Part shown: in pieces, positions 28,101 to 39,755 of the stretch
How positions within the stretch are numbered: position 1 is the stretch's first letter
Layout of the letters: every line of letters begins with the position of its first letter
Translations under genes and position numbers: made by a program
Origin: Antedon mediterranea
Taxonomy: Eukaryota; Animalia; Echinodermata
Direction of reading: 5' to 3'
Length of the DNA stretch: 64,000 bases
Assembly (NCBI RefSeq): GCF_964355755.1
Contig: NC_092672.1
Coordinates: forward strand, 27,596,437 to 27,660,436
The notes under the pieces: model-generated
The model's input: only the letters and a program-made list of their open reading frames with translations
What the model was told of the DNA's origin: nothing
Database searches by the model: none

Positions 28101-31100
28101 GGACTAATAATTAGATTCATCATTGTAAATTAATTGCTCCATTCCAATTTAATGGTTAAATTTGTTCTATTCATTTTGCTCCATAATATTTCTTACTATT
28201 CTATTATTTTACTCCCTAATACGTTTTTGTTTTCTAAAATGTTGCAATGCATACTGAATACAACACCCATATCAATATAACTCTAATATACAATATTATA
28301 TAGCAAGGTGCGTAAGTCTACTTCACTACTATTAATACACGTTGTGTAAAGTGTAAATGAAAATTGGAATTCCCCCGACTACGTTAATACATTTTTTAGC
28401 AATATTTCTGTATAAGTAGAGCATTCACATGTTTTAATCTTAGATTGACAGGTTTATTTGTTTATTTAATAATTGAAATCCTTCGAAAATAGAACTACCA
28501 CCAGCCTTATCAAAACCACCTCGGATGGTTCCTTCCGGAACTTCATTGAGTCCAAGAGTAAATTGGGATGAATTTTCTTCCAATGATTTTAATGTTTTTC
28601 CTGTTGTGGGATACTCTGTGTACTACATCGATACATCTCATATCGGATATGAGGAACATTTAATTTGTGATGTTGGTGCTACTACAACTTGTCGTACATC
28701 AACCCTCCCTGCTGGTAGAATAATTGAAATCGGTGTAGCATGTCGGATAAAAACTGGATCTACAAAAACACGAGGACCTCTATCACCGACGGTAAATTTC
28801 ACAACGTATACAGACGGTAAGAAAGAAAATCCTTTTAAAGTTAGGCCTATCACTATAAATTTGTAATTAAATATCACAGGTCACAACATAATAAATCTCG
28901 TGATAAAACTTTGTAAAAGAAATCAAAACATAATATTAATCAACAGATTCACAAACCCTATTGGATAAGCGCGGATGACCATTTTTTGCTTTTTAAATTG
29001 AACATTTAGTTGAAATTTAGAATTTTAATCAATCAAAATAAAAAATTGATAATAATAAATTAATTTACATACTGTAATTATTATAATTATTATGTAGGCT
29101 ACCGTGCAGTATATTAGTTTTACAATTTTATTTTGTAATGCTGACTAAGATTAATTCCAAACAAAACTCAAATAAAGCAAGGTTTTCGGTAGCCTATATT
29201 ATGTCGTTCCAAAAGAAATCAATATTTGATTGTTTCTCGACGTTTCGATTGTTGTACTCAGCTGCTTTCTGGAGTCAAGTTGACGCAATTAATGAATAGA
29301 ACAAGCACAGTCTAATCAGTATTGTTATTATTTTAGAAAAAGAAATGGACTTTATTGTAATGAATTACAGTCCTTTGATTGAATTAAACAACCCCGAGTC
29401 AAGTCTCAAACTTGGAGGTTACAACACAGGTGAACATCAAACAAATAACGTCAACTTTGGGCGTAAAATCGGCAATGATGCAATAAATGGTACCGATGGC
29501 GAAGAGCTAAACCTAGGCCTACTTGAAAACGGTATTTTGACATCAGATAACAACATGTTTCCTCTACAAAGCACATTATCGGTCGTTCAGAAGTTTGATT
29601 TCACATCGATGCTGTTGGAGCTTCCAGCTAACGTCACTTCCGAAAATATTGGCGTGTTCTACACTTGGTCATCAACTGGGGTACTAACTTCTAATATTAC
29701 AACGTTTAGTGTTTCAAAGGAAGGTAACTATTTTATACAGATATTGCCTGCTTAGAGGTTAAATTTTGAATTGAAATTTCCTTGGGAATGATATTTTGCT
29801 CTCGGAAATGTTTCCTTCAGATAAAATCCATTCAATTTTTTTATTTCAAATTGAAGTCCAAAATCTAAAAAAAACTGTCAATAAGCTCTAAAGGTCTGCT
29901 CATACAAAAGCCTCTTTACTTGACTAATAATTGGTCTGAAGTTTAGAGACAAATGTTATTAAGTAAAGATACGTTTTAAGAAAGGTGGTAGGCCTAAGCG
30001 AAAATCGATTTTAACAGTCTAAAGTATTTCTGACTCTCCCCTGACTGAACTACTTTTCATTGTAGTTATATGCAGTTTTATTTATTTATTTAAAAAATAG
30101 TTTAACATTATTTCATCGTGTATTAACACGTATGTTATATTGTGGAAATAAATTGAAATTGAAAATTGAAATTGAAAAGATTAGTAGGCCTATAATTGCA
30201 GTTGCCTTTATTACTATCTTTTCATTTATAGCTAAAGTTCGATCAAGGAACAGAACGATAATAGCAGGTTTTGGAGAAAGACTTGAATTAGAGGTGAACA
30301 TAGAAGACGGTGATTCAGATGAACTACGTTGGCGCCATAACGGACGTGATGTAATGATTGACTGGAATGGAAAGACTAGTTTAATTATTGAAAGTGTTCG
30401 TACTAAAGATGGCGGTATATACGAATGTTACATAGATGGGGAAAGAGAGCTGGGATTACAAGCAATAATTCAAGTTTTTATAAGAGGTGACAATCTATCT
30501 TATTTTTTACCCTTTGCGATGCCTGGGGTATTTTATGCCCTCTCACAGTTAAATGTATTCAAATCACCAAAATGGGCAAATGTAAACAAACTTCCCCTAA
30601 ATCCTGTCAAATGCGCCGTAATGCATGTTACAAGATGTAAAGAGATAGTTAACTGGGATTATACCATAGAATCAGACAATATTCCTAAAGTTACAGAATT
30701 CAAATTTATAGGTGTGTAGGCCTATGCAAATAGTTTGTTGTCGTGTCATACACAAGTTAATTTTGTTGTTGTAAAGCAAGCAGATTGCTTGGTTTCTTTT
30801 CAAAATGTAGTAAAAATATGTCCTGGTTAGCTATGTTGAACTTATACAAAGCCCTATTACTTCCAGTCGTTACCTACTGTTATTCAATGTGGGCACCATT
30901 CATACAGGGCGCCGTATGGGACATTGCTAATTTTTTCGAAATATTACAATTTTGTCTACACAAAATTAATTTTGTCAATACAAAATTCATTTTGTCAACA
31001 CAAAATTCATTTTGTATTTACAAAAATTCATTTTGTGTTGACAAAATTTATTCTGTGTGGACAAAATTAATTATGTGTAGACAAAATTGTAATATTTCGA

Positions 31101-34100
31101 CAAATTTAGCAATGTCCCAAACGGCGCCCCGTACCTACATATTAATAGAATAGAAAGTATACTGTACAAAGGAAAGCAACAAGGGTAATAATGTTTAGAA
31201 AGAAAGGCAATACTTTTCATAATTCTGTATTTGTTTCCTTTCCAAGACTATGGGAGCAAATACCAAATGACATAAAAGATTCACAAACACTTTCAATATT
31301 TAAGGCTGCTCTAACAAAACATTAAATTTCATGTTATGTATAGTTTATTTGTATTTTTCTTGTATATGGTTTTATCTTAACTGTTTGTATTGTATGGAGT
31401 GAGTGCAAAATCTAGTTGGGCTTTAGTCTATTCTCATTTCTGGTTATTTTTGCATTGATGACCGAATAAATATTATTATTATTATTATCTATTTCAAATC
31501 GCTCTCGAAGGAGAAGCTATAAATGTTATAAAGGCAATAAAAGTCTACACAACTATCAATATCATTAAAAATAAAAAAGACGTCATTGATTTGATGAATT
31601 TGTGTTATTCAACATAAATAAAAACAACTCTCTGTTGCTTTAGATTGCCCAACACCCAAATGGGGCGCCGATTGCGACAAAGATTGCCCAGTTTGTTACA
31701 ATGGAGGAGTATGTCATACTATCAACGGGACATGTTTGTGCCCTTCTGGGTTTATGGGTGATGACTGTAGTGAACGTACGTATCGTTTTTTTTTTATTTC
31801 GAATGCTATTAAACAAACTTTAAATATACAAAAGTAGAAGGAGAGTCAATTACTGATTTTTTGTTTTTGAAGCATGTGGTGACAATAACTGGGGACGTTC
31901 CTGTTCAGAAATTTGCAGTAGTTCAAATAGAGGTTGCGACGCCATTTTGTTCTGTTTGCCTGAACCATTAGGGTGCTCATGTATGGCTGGGTTCAAAGGA
32001 CCGGATTGCAACGAATGTAAGTATAAGGACAAGATAAGTGTTGTTTTTTACTTTAGTTTTTCTCTCTCTTCAATTAGAAAGGAAGCAAGTTATGGTTTCT
32101 CTCTTATTATTCCAAGTGTGTCCATACGGGACGTTTGGCGCCGACTGCAAGAGTTTGTGCCACTGCAAGTTTAACGCCTGTGATAGGTCAATGGGATGTA
32201 TGAATATAACATGCGATGAAGGTTTCAGTGGACCACAATGTCAAGGTAAGGATATTTAATACATCTGACATCATCTACAATTCTGTGACGTCGTAACACG
32301 TCATACAATTTGTGTTTGTTTAATACGGTGAATATACACGAATAACCTATATACATTAGGATGACACAATGGCTGTTTTGTTGCAGATTATGATTATCCA
32401 ACACCATGTCCCGATGGTTTCTACGGAACATTGTGCCAGTATAAATGTCACTGTTCTATGACGCTAGGATGTCTCAAGAATGGAACTTGTCTCTTTGGTT
32501 GCCAAGAAGGTTGGGGTGGCGAGGACTGTCAATTTGGTAACTTATAATATTATCTTGAGTGTGCACCATTGCCATAGTTATCACAGTACATATCTATACC
32601 AACATACTCTATGTTTTGATTGTTTTTTAACATACATTCAACAGCGAGTAACATCACTTGCCAACAATGTTACGCAAATTCGGCCTGAAATTTTAAAAAC
32701 AAAGTTGACACTACAGTGCCCCAAATCATAAACTCGTATTTAAAAAGAAATGAATATAAACTACAAGGACATAACAAAATGAACGCCCTAAAAGAACAAA
32801 AAGGTAAAACAACAGAATTGAAATTGTTGATAAGCTTTTCACTGTTTGTACTTCTTGCAGCTATCCCAGCTCTTCTCAATCCTCCACGCATCTTAAGGTC
32901 TAATTTCCACAGTGTTCATCTTGAATGGGATGAATGGGAAGTCCACAAAGACTACGGCCTGGGAAACGTTACCGGGTATCGTCTGTTTTATCGGTATACA
33001 ACGCCCTCTGAAGGTGTAGTACGATCTGGCGATTATACAGAGGGTACAGAACTGGTACTGCGTGAGCTTAATCCTTGTAGACGATACGAGATATTTATTC
33101 GAGCGTATAGAACCATATCTGGTGAGCTATTCATTGGAAGACCCAGTTCATCAGTATTTCATGACATGGCTTGTAATTGTAAGTAGCAATATCACTTCAT
33201 AATTTTAAGACAAATACTAAGTAGCCTATCTATTACTCTATCCCCTTCAAGATTCAAAACTGTGATAAGGCCTATCTTGTTTGGATGATGAGAAGGTTGG
33301 GGTGGCGAGGACTGTCAATTTGGTAATTAATTTAAGCCTATCTTGCACACAATGGTTTCGTTTTTTTCAACAGCGAGTAAAAAAACTTGTCAAAGCAGAT
33401 GCGGTCTAACAATTATTTGACACTAAAGTTCCACAAAAAAACTTTTAGAAAGAAAATGAACGTCGTAAAACAATTTATAAGAACTGTTTGCATTTTTAAG
33501 ATTCAAACATGTGATATGCATGCTTAGATGATGAGTTCCATCCAATATTCACATGAGGCACGTAGGGCTACTATAGTTTAACACAATGTTAATCCGAATT
33601 AGTTTCTTCAACAGACGGCAGCGTCGGAGTAACGTTAATGGTACATCCAGCAGTTGTCGATGTTTACAACAAAACTGACAATGTTAACATCTTTGTTTAC
33701 TCCGGAGCTCTCTCTACAAACATGAGGCTACGACGTACCTGTAGTACTGGTGCAGCTGATGTTATTGGTCGACCTGTGTCTTGGTTTGATGGAAGTCCGT
33801 ACCCAGGATCACACGTTTTGCCAACTATGATGTTTCCTGAGAATACAATGATTGAAACAGTTGCTGAGTTTGAATACCACGCCCTCATTGCCAAGATTCC
33901 AGGAGAATCTTCTTTGGCCAAAAGTGGTGCCTTTTCTGCTGACATTCTAGGGATATGGGCGTTGCCGAGTCAGTCTACAATTGTCATCTTAGATAAAAAT
34001 GGTAATGTTTTCAATTGCAAACATTTCTCTATTATAATGTTTTATTAGTAAGCCTGCATATTATGACGTAAGACATATATGTTTTAAATGATTACGGTTT

Positions 34101-37100
34101 TTTAGTAATAGCCCTACAAGCCATGACAGATAAGGTAAGATATTTGTAACTTTTGATTTTGGCCAAAAAGGATCAAATTTACAAAGTGTGTTATTACTTA
34201 CTAAATTACTAAAGGATTGTTGTACGCTGCTTACAAAAACTCCAAATGGAATAAAATAGAAGGATATAGTATAGTTTCAAAGAAAAAAGACAGGTTTTAG
34301 TGAATATTAAATTGCGTTTCCTTCTTCGTTTTACTTATTTCTTATCATCTACATTTCAGCCAACGTTAAGCCTGTGGAGAGAACAGTTGTAGTTGGAACT
34401 GGTGATAGAATTGTTCTCTCTGTAACCACTGACAGCAATACAACGGGACTAAGATGGCGCTATAACGGTGGGAACGGAATCAAAGAATGGAAAGACAAGG
34501 GTACAGTGATCATTGAGCATGCGCGAACCAAAGATAGTGGAATTTACGAATGCCACTTTCTAGCGAAACGAAATCAAGGAAACCATGCAATTATTCAATT
34601 AAATGTTAAAGGTAGGTTTTTAATGCAAGTATAAGAAGTTACAATTAAGAAGGACCCACACTAATGATGTATTTTAAAATCATACTATAATTATTTTTAA
34701 AAAGTTACAAGATAAATACTCACAACAAATCCACCGTCATTGGTTGTTTTCATTCCATTATTAGTCATGTTGCATCGTCATTCTAATGATAAATGTTCGG
34801 TGTTCTGGTACATCTTAATTCAGTAACTTCATAGCTGCACATCATGAATTGTTTAATAACTTAAAATAAACAGTTTTAACCTCACTATGTATTTTTTTTA
34901 CAGATTGTCCATTGGGAAAATATGGACCTGACTGTACCTTAAATTGTCCAGTATGTTACAACGGAGGGATTTGTGACGCTCAGACGTCATTGTGTGTCTG
35001 TCCGAGTGGTTTCACTGGAAACGATTGTTCAGAGGGTTTGTTACTTGACAATTATTAGGTGTTGCATGTTTAATTATTTATTCGTCTAAATATAATATAA
35101 TAGCCCTAAACGTTTGTCGGTGCCAACATGTTTGTACGTAATTTATAGCAAATGTGTGATGAAAGTGTTTTGCAAAATGGTGTAAGCATTTACTTCGTCC
35201 ATGTTTGCGTGTAGAAGTAGAAATCATTTCACACTTCATTCAATTCAATTCTAAACATTCAAAGGATGTTAAATAAAGCTTCATTTGTTTCAATTAGTAT
35301 GTAATTCTGGATATTGGGGAGAAGATTGTTCTTTGAATTGTGACAATGAAGATAATGGTTGTAGAGGCAACTTATTCTGTCCTGCTTCACCACTTGGTTG
35401 TGCTTGTTTGCCGGGATTTCATGGACATGACTGCAATGAAGGTAATAAAGATGGAAATAGTTTTCTTTAGATATTCCTTGAAGCTAAGCAAAACAACTTA
35501 AAGAACCAAACAGTAAAATGAATCGACAGCATTACCAACATATTTGGATTGTCCAATTGATTTTAAATTTTGGGTCTTTGCTAATTTCATTACGGCCTAA
35601 ATACACATGGACGGCAAGCTCTACCGTCCTGCTGCCATTTCACTGTCAGGCTAGCAAGATATTCTTCATCCACTGTATCTGTCAATCTAGCTTAAATATT
35701 AATAATATCGTATGGTAATTTGTAAATATGACAATAATTTATAGATTTTCATTTCAGTATGCAGTGAGGGTTTCTACGGAGCAGACTGTAAGCAAGTATG
35801 CAATTGTCCAGCAGACAATTGTGACTCAGTTGCAGGGTGCGAGATTGAATCATGTTTCCCGGGATTTCATGGACCTCAATGCCAAGGTAGGCTAAGCTCA
35901 TCAGTTGAATTGTTCCATGATGACTTGTTGTTCGTTGTACTATAAGGAATAAACTTTGCGTATATGCTAAATATTGGAATACTCAAGTGTACTTCACTCT
36001 GCTTCCTCTCTAAAGTAAATTGATGTAGGCTTAAAAGATTGGAGGGTGAGTATAGTGAGAGTTAGGCGCTATCAAACTATCTTGATGGAAGAGGTTGAAT
36101 ACCGTAGACGGGATAGTTTAGACTAATAGCTAGCCAGACCTTTTAAGCTTGGGAAATACTATACAATTTTTTTTTTGCAGAGCATGTAAACGTATCTTGT
36201 ACAAATGGTACTTTTGGACGTCTTTGTAATCAACATTGCCATTGTCAAAATTCAGATTCCTGTTATAGCAACGGCACATGCGCAGATGGAGTGTGTGACG
36301 AAGAATGGGGCGGTTATGATTGTCAAATAGGTAACTAACGGTTATTTTAATTTATTATTATTTAATTTTTTTCGATAACATTTTCTTGTGAAACTTGAAA
36401 ATGTCTGCATTTTTATCTTAATTAGCATTACCATACCTCGAACATGGTCCTACATTGTATGTTTCGCCAAACCGTCGAGAGATTACAGTCAGCTGGTTTG
36501 ATTGGGTATTTGGTCGGGATTTCGGAAATGGTCCAGTCGTATCCTATGAAGTATTATACAAGGACTCTATCAACGGGAACTACACAACGACTGGAGTTAC
36601 AACAACTACTAAGTTTATATTGAATAAACTGAAACCAGGAAAACAGTATAACGTTGCTATTAAATGTCTAAAGGATGTTGATGGACAGATGACGTCTGGA
36701 CCATTAAGTCCAGCAAGTGCTGTCTCAACCTGTAAATTATCAGGTAAAATACTACATGTAGACGTGTACTAAGTTAGTTTACTAGACGCATGACAGCCGT
36801 TCACAACTGGATATATACGCATAATAATGGTCATTTATTTGAGAACCACGTTTCTGATTGTATAGTATAGAAAATAGTAATACAGTACATAGATATAACA
36901 TTCCCATTGTAATTAAAATTGCCTTCGTCAGGAAAATAAATCACATTGACGTTCCTAACAATGTTATTCAAAACAATAAAATAAGGTCTAGCACACAATG
37001 TGGAGCTTTCGACTTGCGTTGAACGATGACCTATGAACTGTTACGTCATAATTCATCATGTGCAGAATAGGACATTTGAACGTGCTTTCTCACTCAATTT

Positions 37101-37209
37101 TCCAGGAGACAAACAGCGACATAATAATTGGTCTAGATTGTCGCAAATTGAACGCCTCCTAACTAATATAACGTTTACAAGAATGTTTCTTTTTATTTCA
37201 GATGTATAG
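22179..37209 (+). CDS. SRCR-SRCR-EGF-FN3-[Ig-like-Ig-EGFx4-FN3]x2 protein, Tie/angiopoietin-receptor-ectodomain-like, copy A (5' exon not located; about 1380 aa visible)
   Basis: Exons: 22179-22508, 25817-25938, 26424-26652, 27967-28065, 28493-28816, 29337-29723, 30232-30486, 31644-31775, 31873-32016, 32117-32245, 32387-32536, 32861-33178, 33615-34001, 34360-34611, 34904-35035, 35298-35441, 35758-35886, 36181-36330, 36426-36743, and probable last exon 37202-37209 (D-V-stop). All are GT-AG and open in frame. SRCR motifs RLVDG/RLVGG..GRVE..VCRQLG. Tie-type EGF motifs CPVCYNGGVCH and LFCLPEPLGCSC. Ig motifs LRWRHNG..DGGIYEC. Confidence 0.85.
23018..25593 (+). mobile_element. 5'-truncated LINE (APE C-terminus plus RT) with poly(A) tail, in the intron after SRCR1 of copy A
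   Basis: APE motifs MGDLN and SDH. RT motifs KSPGPD, FRPISL, QYG, DFSKAFD, GIPQG, WKYVDD. One frameshift at about 24590-24610 separates ORFs 23018-24613 and 24619-25335. AATAAA followed by an A-run ends at 25593. Confidence 0.92.
30550..31485 (+). mobile_element. Decayed LINE 3' fragment in an intron of copy A
   Basis: WANVNKLPLNPVKCAVMH..FKFIGV, LYKALLLPVVTYCYSMWAP, FPRLWEQIP, and an (att)n tail. Absent from the matching intron of copy B. Confidence 0.75.
30903..31133. mobile_element. Palindromic MITE (TAC...GTA termini, internal 22-bp repeats) nested in the LINE fragment
   Basis: tacagggcgccgtatgggacattgctaa.. mirrored by ..ttagcaatgtcccaaacggcgccccgta. Confidence 0.75.
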
Positions 37210-38156
37210 ACAAAAAGAAGCCAAAATCTTGTTATGTCTTTGAAAACTTCCTTAAGCCCATGTGCCATTAAGTGTTTAATTAATTATAGTAGTAAGCAGC
37301 CGTAGCAGGCTAAATATAACAATAATAAGTTTACAATAAAAAATAAATCAGCTCTTTAGAACAATATAACAGAATAATATCTAAATCAGGAGAAAGAAAG
37401 TTTTAATTACTGATCTAGTCGTCTATACTCAACGGAAATAAATTACATAATGCCTATAGGACTAAATAGGCCTAAGTCACAGATAAGTAAAAGTAATTAA
37501 CGTATTACGTTAGGTTGTTAAATTGCAGCACTATTGCTTCACTGAACTTAACTACCCTATATAGATTAACAAAGTATTTAAAAAACACAAGTTTTCAAAA
37601 CCAGAGAACGTTGTAGTAGTACAATGCTCACATTATAATCTTATATAATTTTATAGTTAATAGTATAACGAAATTAATATTATAATATCATTTATAGAAT
37701 GAAATAAATTTCTCTGCATTATCGGCGTTCTTTTAAAGTATTTTTTACTGATGGCAGGTAACGGGGTAGTGCCAACACAGATGTACGCTTAGGTATTAAA
37801 ATGGAGTGAGTTGTATCACTTGTAATATTGTACTTACTAATATTCCATCAGACTGCATCTCCCGCCTTCCTTTTTCGTATAAATCACAACGTATTTCAAG
37901 TAGTGAATGGGATAATTCGATAACAAAAACACTTGCTAGAACATAGTTTGTAAGTATACCAAATGATACATATTCTTTGGTATGCCATACTCAAGCAGCA
38001 AATCAATCCACTTGCATTGTACACATGTGTATGTGCAAATGATTTGCATATTAATTGTGTTATAACGAAGAAAATTACAACACGTGATGATGGATATGGA
38101 ATATTCACGGTAATGATAACGATAATGATGACAATGATAATGATTATGTTGAATAT

Positions 38157-38502
38157 AAGGCTTGGTTCCCACTAGAGACGAAACCCACCGACGTCGGTTG
38201 TTTTTCTACGTCCTTGCGTTGCGACTCTAGTGTAAACCACGCTTAAATGATGTTAATGATATTAGGATGATTGTGATATGAAGACTGATGATTATGACGA
38301 CGATAAGGATTTGGAATTGGAATTGTTTGGCTTTGGTAAAATTGAAGCCTGGTTCCCACTAGGGCGCAACGCAAGAACGTAAAGGCAACGCAAGCGTGTT
38401 GACTAATGGCAAGCGACAGTTCGAATAATCCATCGCTTGTGATTGGTCAACTCACGCTGCGTTACGTCCTTGTGTCGCGTCTCTTGTGGCAACCAAGCTT
38501 AA
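38157..38502. mobile_element. Two short PIF/Harbinger-like MITEs separated by a (gat)n tract
   Basis: aaggcttggttcccactag..ctagtgtaaaccacgctt and aagcctggttcccactag..cttgtggcaaccaagctt, with TAA-like flanks. Confidence 0.5.
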
Positions 38503-38879
38503 ACATGGTATCACTTTTTCGACGTTGGTATTGCCTTCACACATCCTTGATTCGCGCTAACAGGCCTATTACTATTATGTTTAGTTCGTTTTTCGAGTGT
38601 CCAATTAATTATAGGTGTCTGTGAACAGGGATTAGACTTGTCCCAGTTTGGTATTTATAATCTTTGTTATGCTAGTCCAGCCATCGGCGTTTCTATTTTA
38701 GTCTGGAAATATTAATTATTGTATTTGTGAGCTCAAGTATTATACGTATGAAACGCCATAAGTGCCAAAATATTTATCTTTTTTGCTAATGCATTCGAAA
38801 TAACCAAGACTAAATAGTAGGGATGTCTCAAAGGAGGGTTGCTAATAATATACTGCCTGTTGTTATTCTGTTTTTATAC

Positions 38880-38919
38880 CTCAAGTCTTTGATCATATCC
38901 ATACACCGCGTTTCGATTG
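38880..38919 (-). pseudogene. Orphan copy of the 3' end of oxidoreductase exon 5 with its splice donor
   Basis: Minus strand reads NRNAVYGYDQRLE|GT, versus NRNAYYGYDQRLE|GT at 3426-3388. Confidence 0.7.
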
Positions 38920-39755
38920 ACAACAACATGCGCCGGACAGTTTCCGCTTCGCCACAGGTCCTGTCGACGGACCTGCACAAGCACTCTTTTCCGCCAGGTG
39001 ACGTACAAAAGCTGACTTGCGCGAAGCGCCATGTTCTGACGATTTTACTAAAAATAGGCCTATGGAGAAAATGTCACCCTTTATTATGCTATTACCTCAG
39101 TTTTCATATTATCTAAAATATACATTTTTAATACAATTATAATAACGTGAGAGTGCCATTTCCGACCATCTAAGTGTCATATTTTCAAAATCGCCAAAAC
39201 TCAGTCCCAACCATGGTGGAGGTTGGATTCCCTACAATTGCGCCCCTCCCATTTTCACAAAATCCTGGATGATTGTGAAGAACTCGGTATTGTTGAAAGA
39301 AACCACTTATCTACAGGCATACCACGTATTAACAGAGTCATTTATGTTCTGCAAATCAAAAAACATTTAAGGTATGTTCATTTTGAAACCCGGATTCGAT
39401 GAGGTAGGTGGAAAACCTCGGTGGCGACTGGAAAAGGGAGCCCAATCACCACACAAGAGCTGACGAAGTCTTGCTGACAGCTAGAAAAACCTGTCTCGAT
39501 TCGCGTTATTTTACTGGTTTATAATTCATGAACTATCTACCTCATTACTTAATCTAAACCAGGTAATATTGTTTTCACAATCCGGAATATGTTGTATGTG
39601 TTGTATTTGTTTGAGTGTCCACAAACAAAACTGCCGAATTTCAAAATTTGTATTCACTTGCTACCTGACCATGGGCTTTGTGAACTTTCAAAAGTCATAA
39701 CGTCACATTTTACGTAGGCACAATATAATAATGCGTTAAAAGCACACTTAACGTT

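Noticed and set aside
37835-37940. Possible minus-strand exon with AG and GTAAGT boundaries
   Set aside because: The translation resembles nothing recognisable and no partner exons were found.
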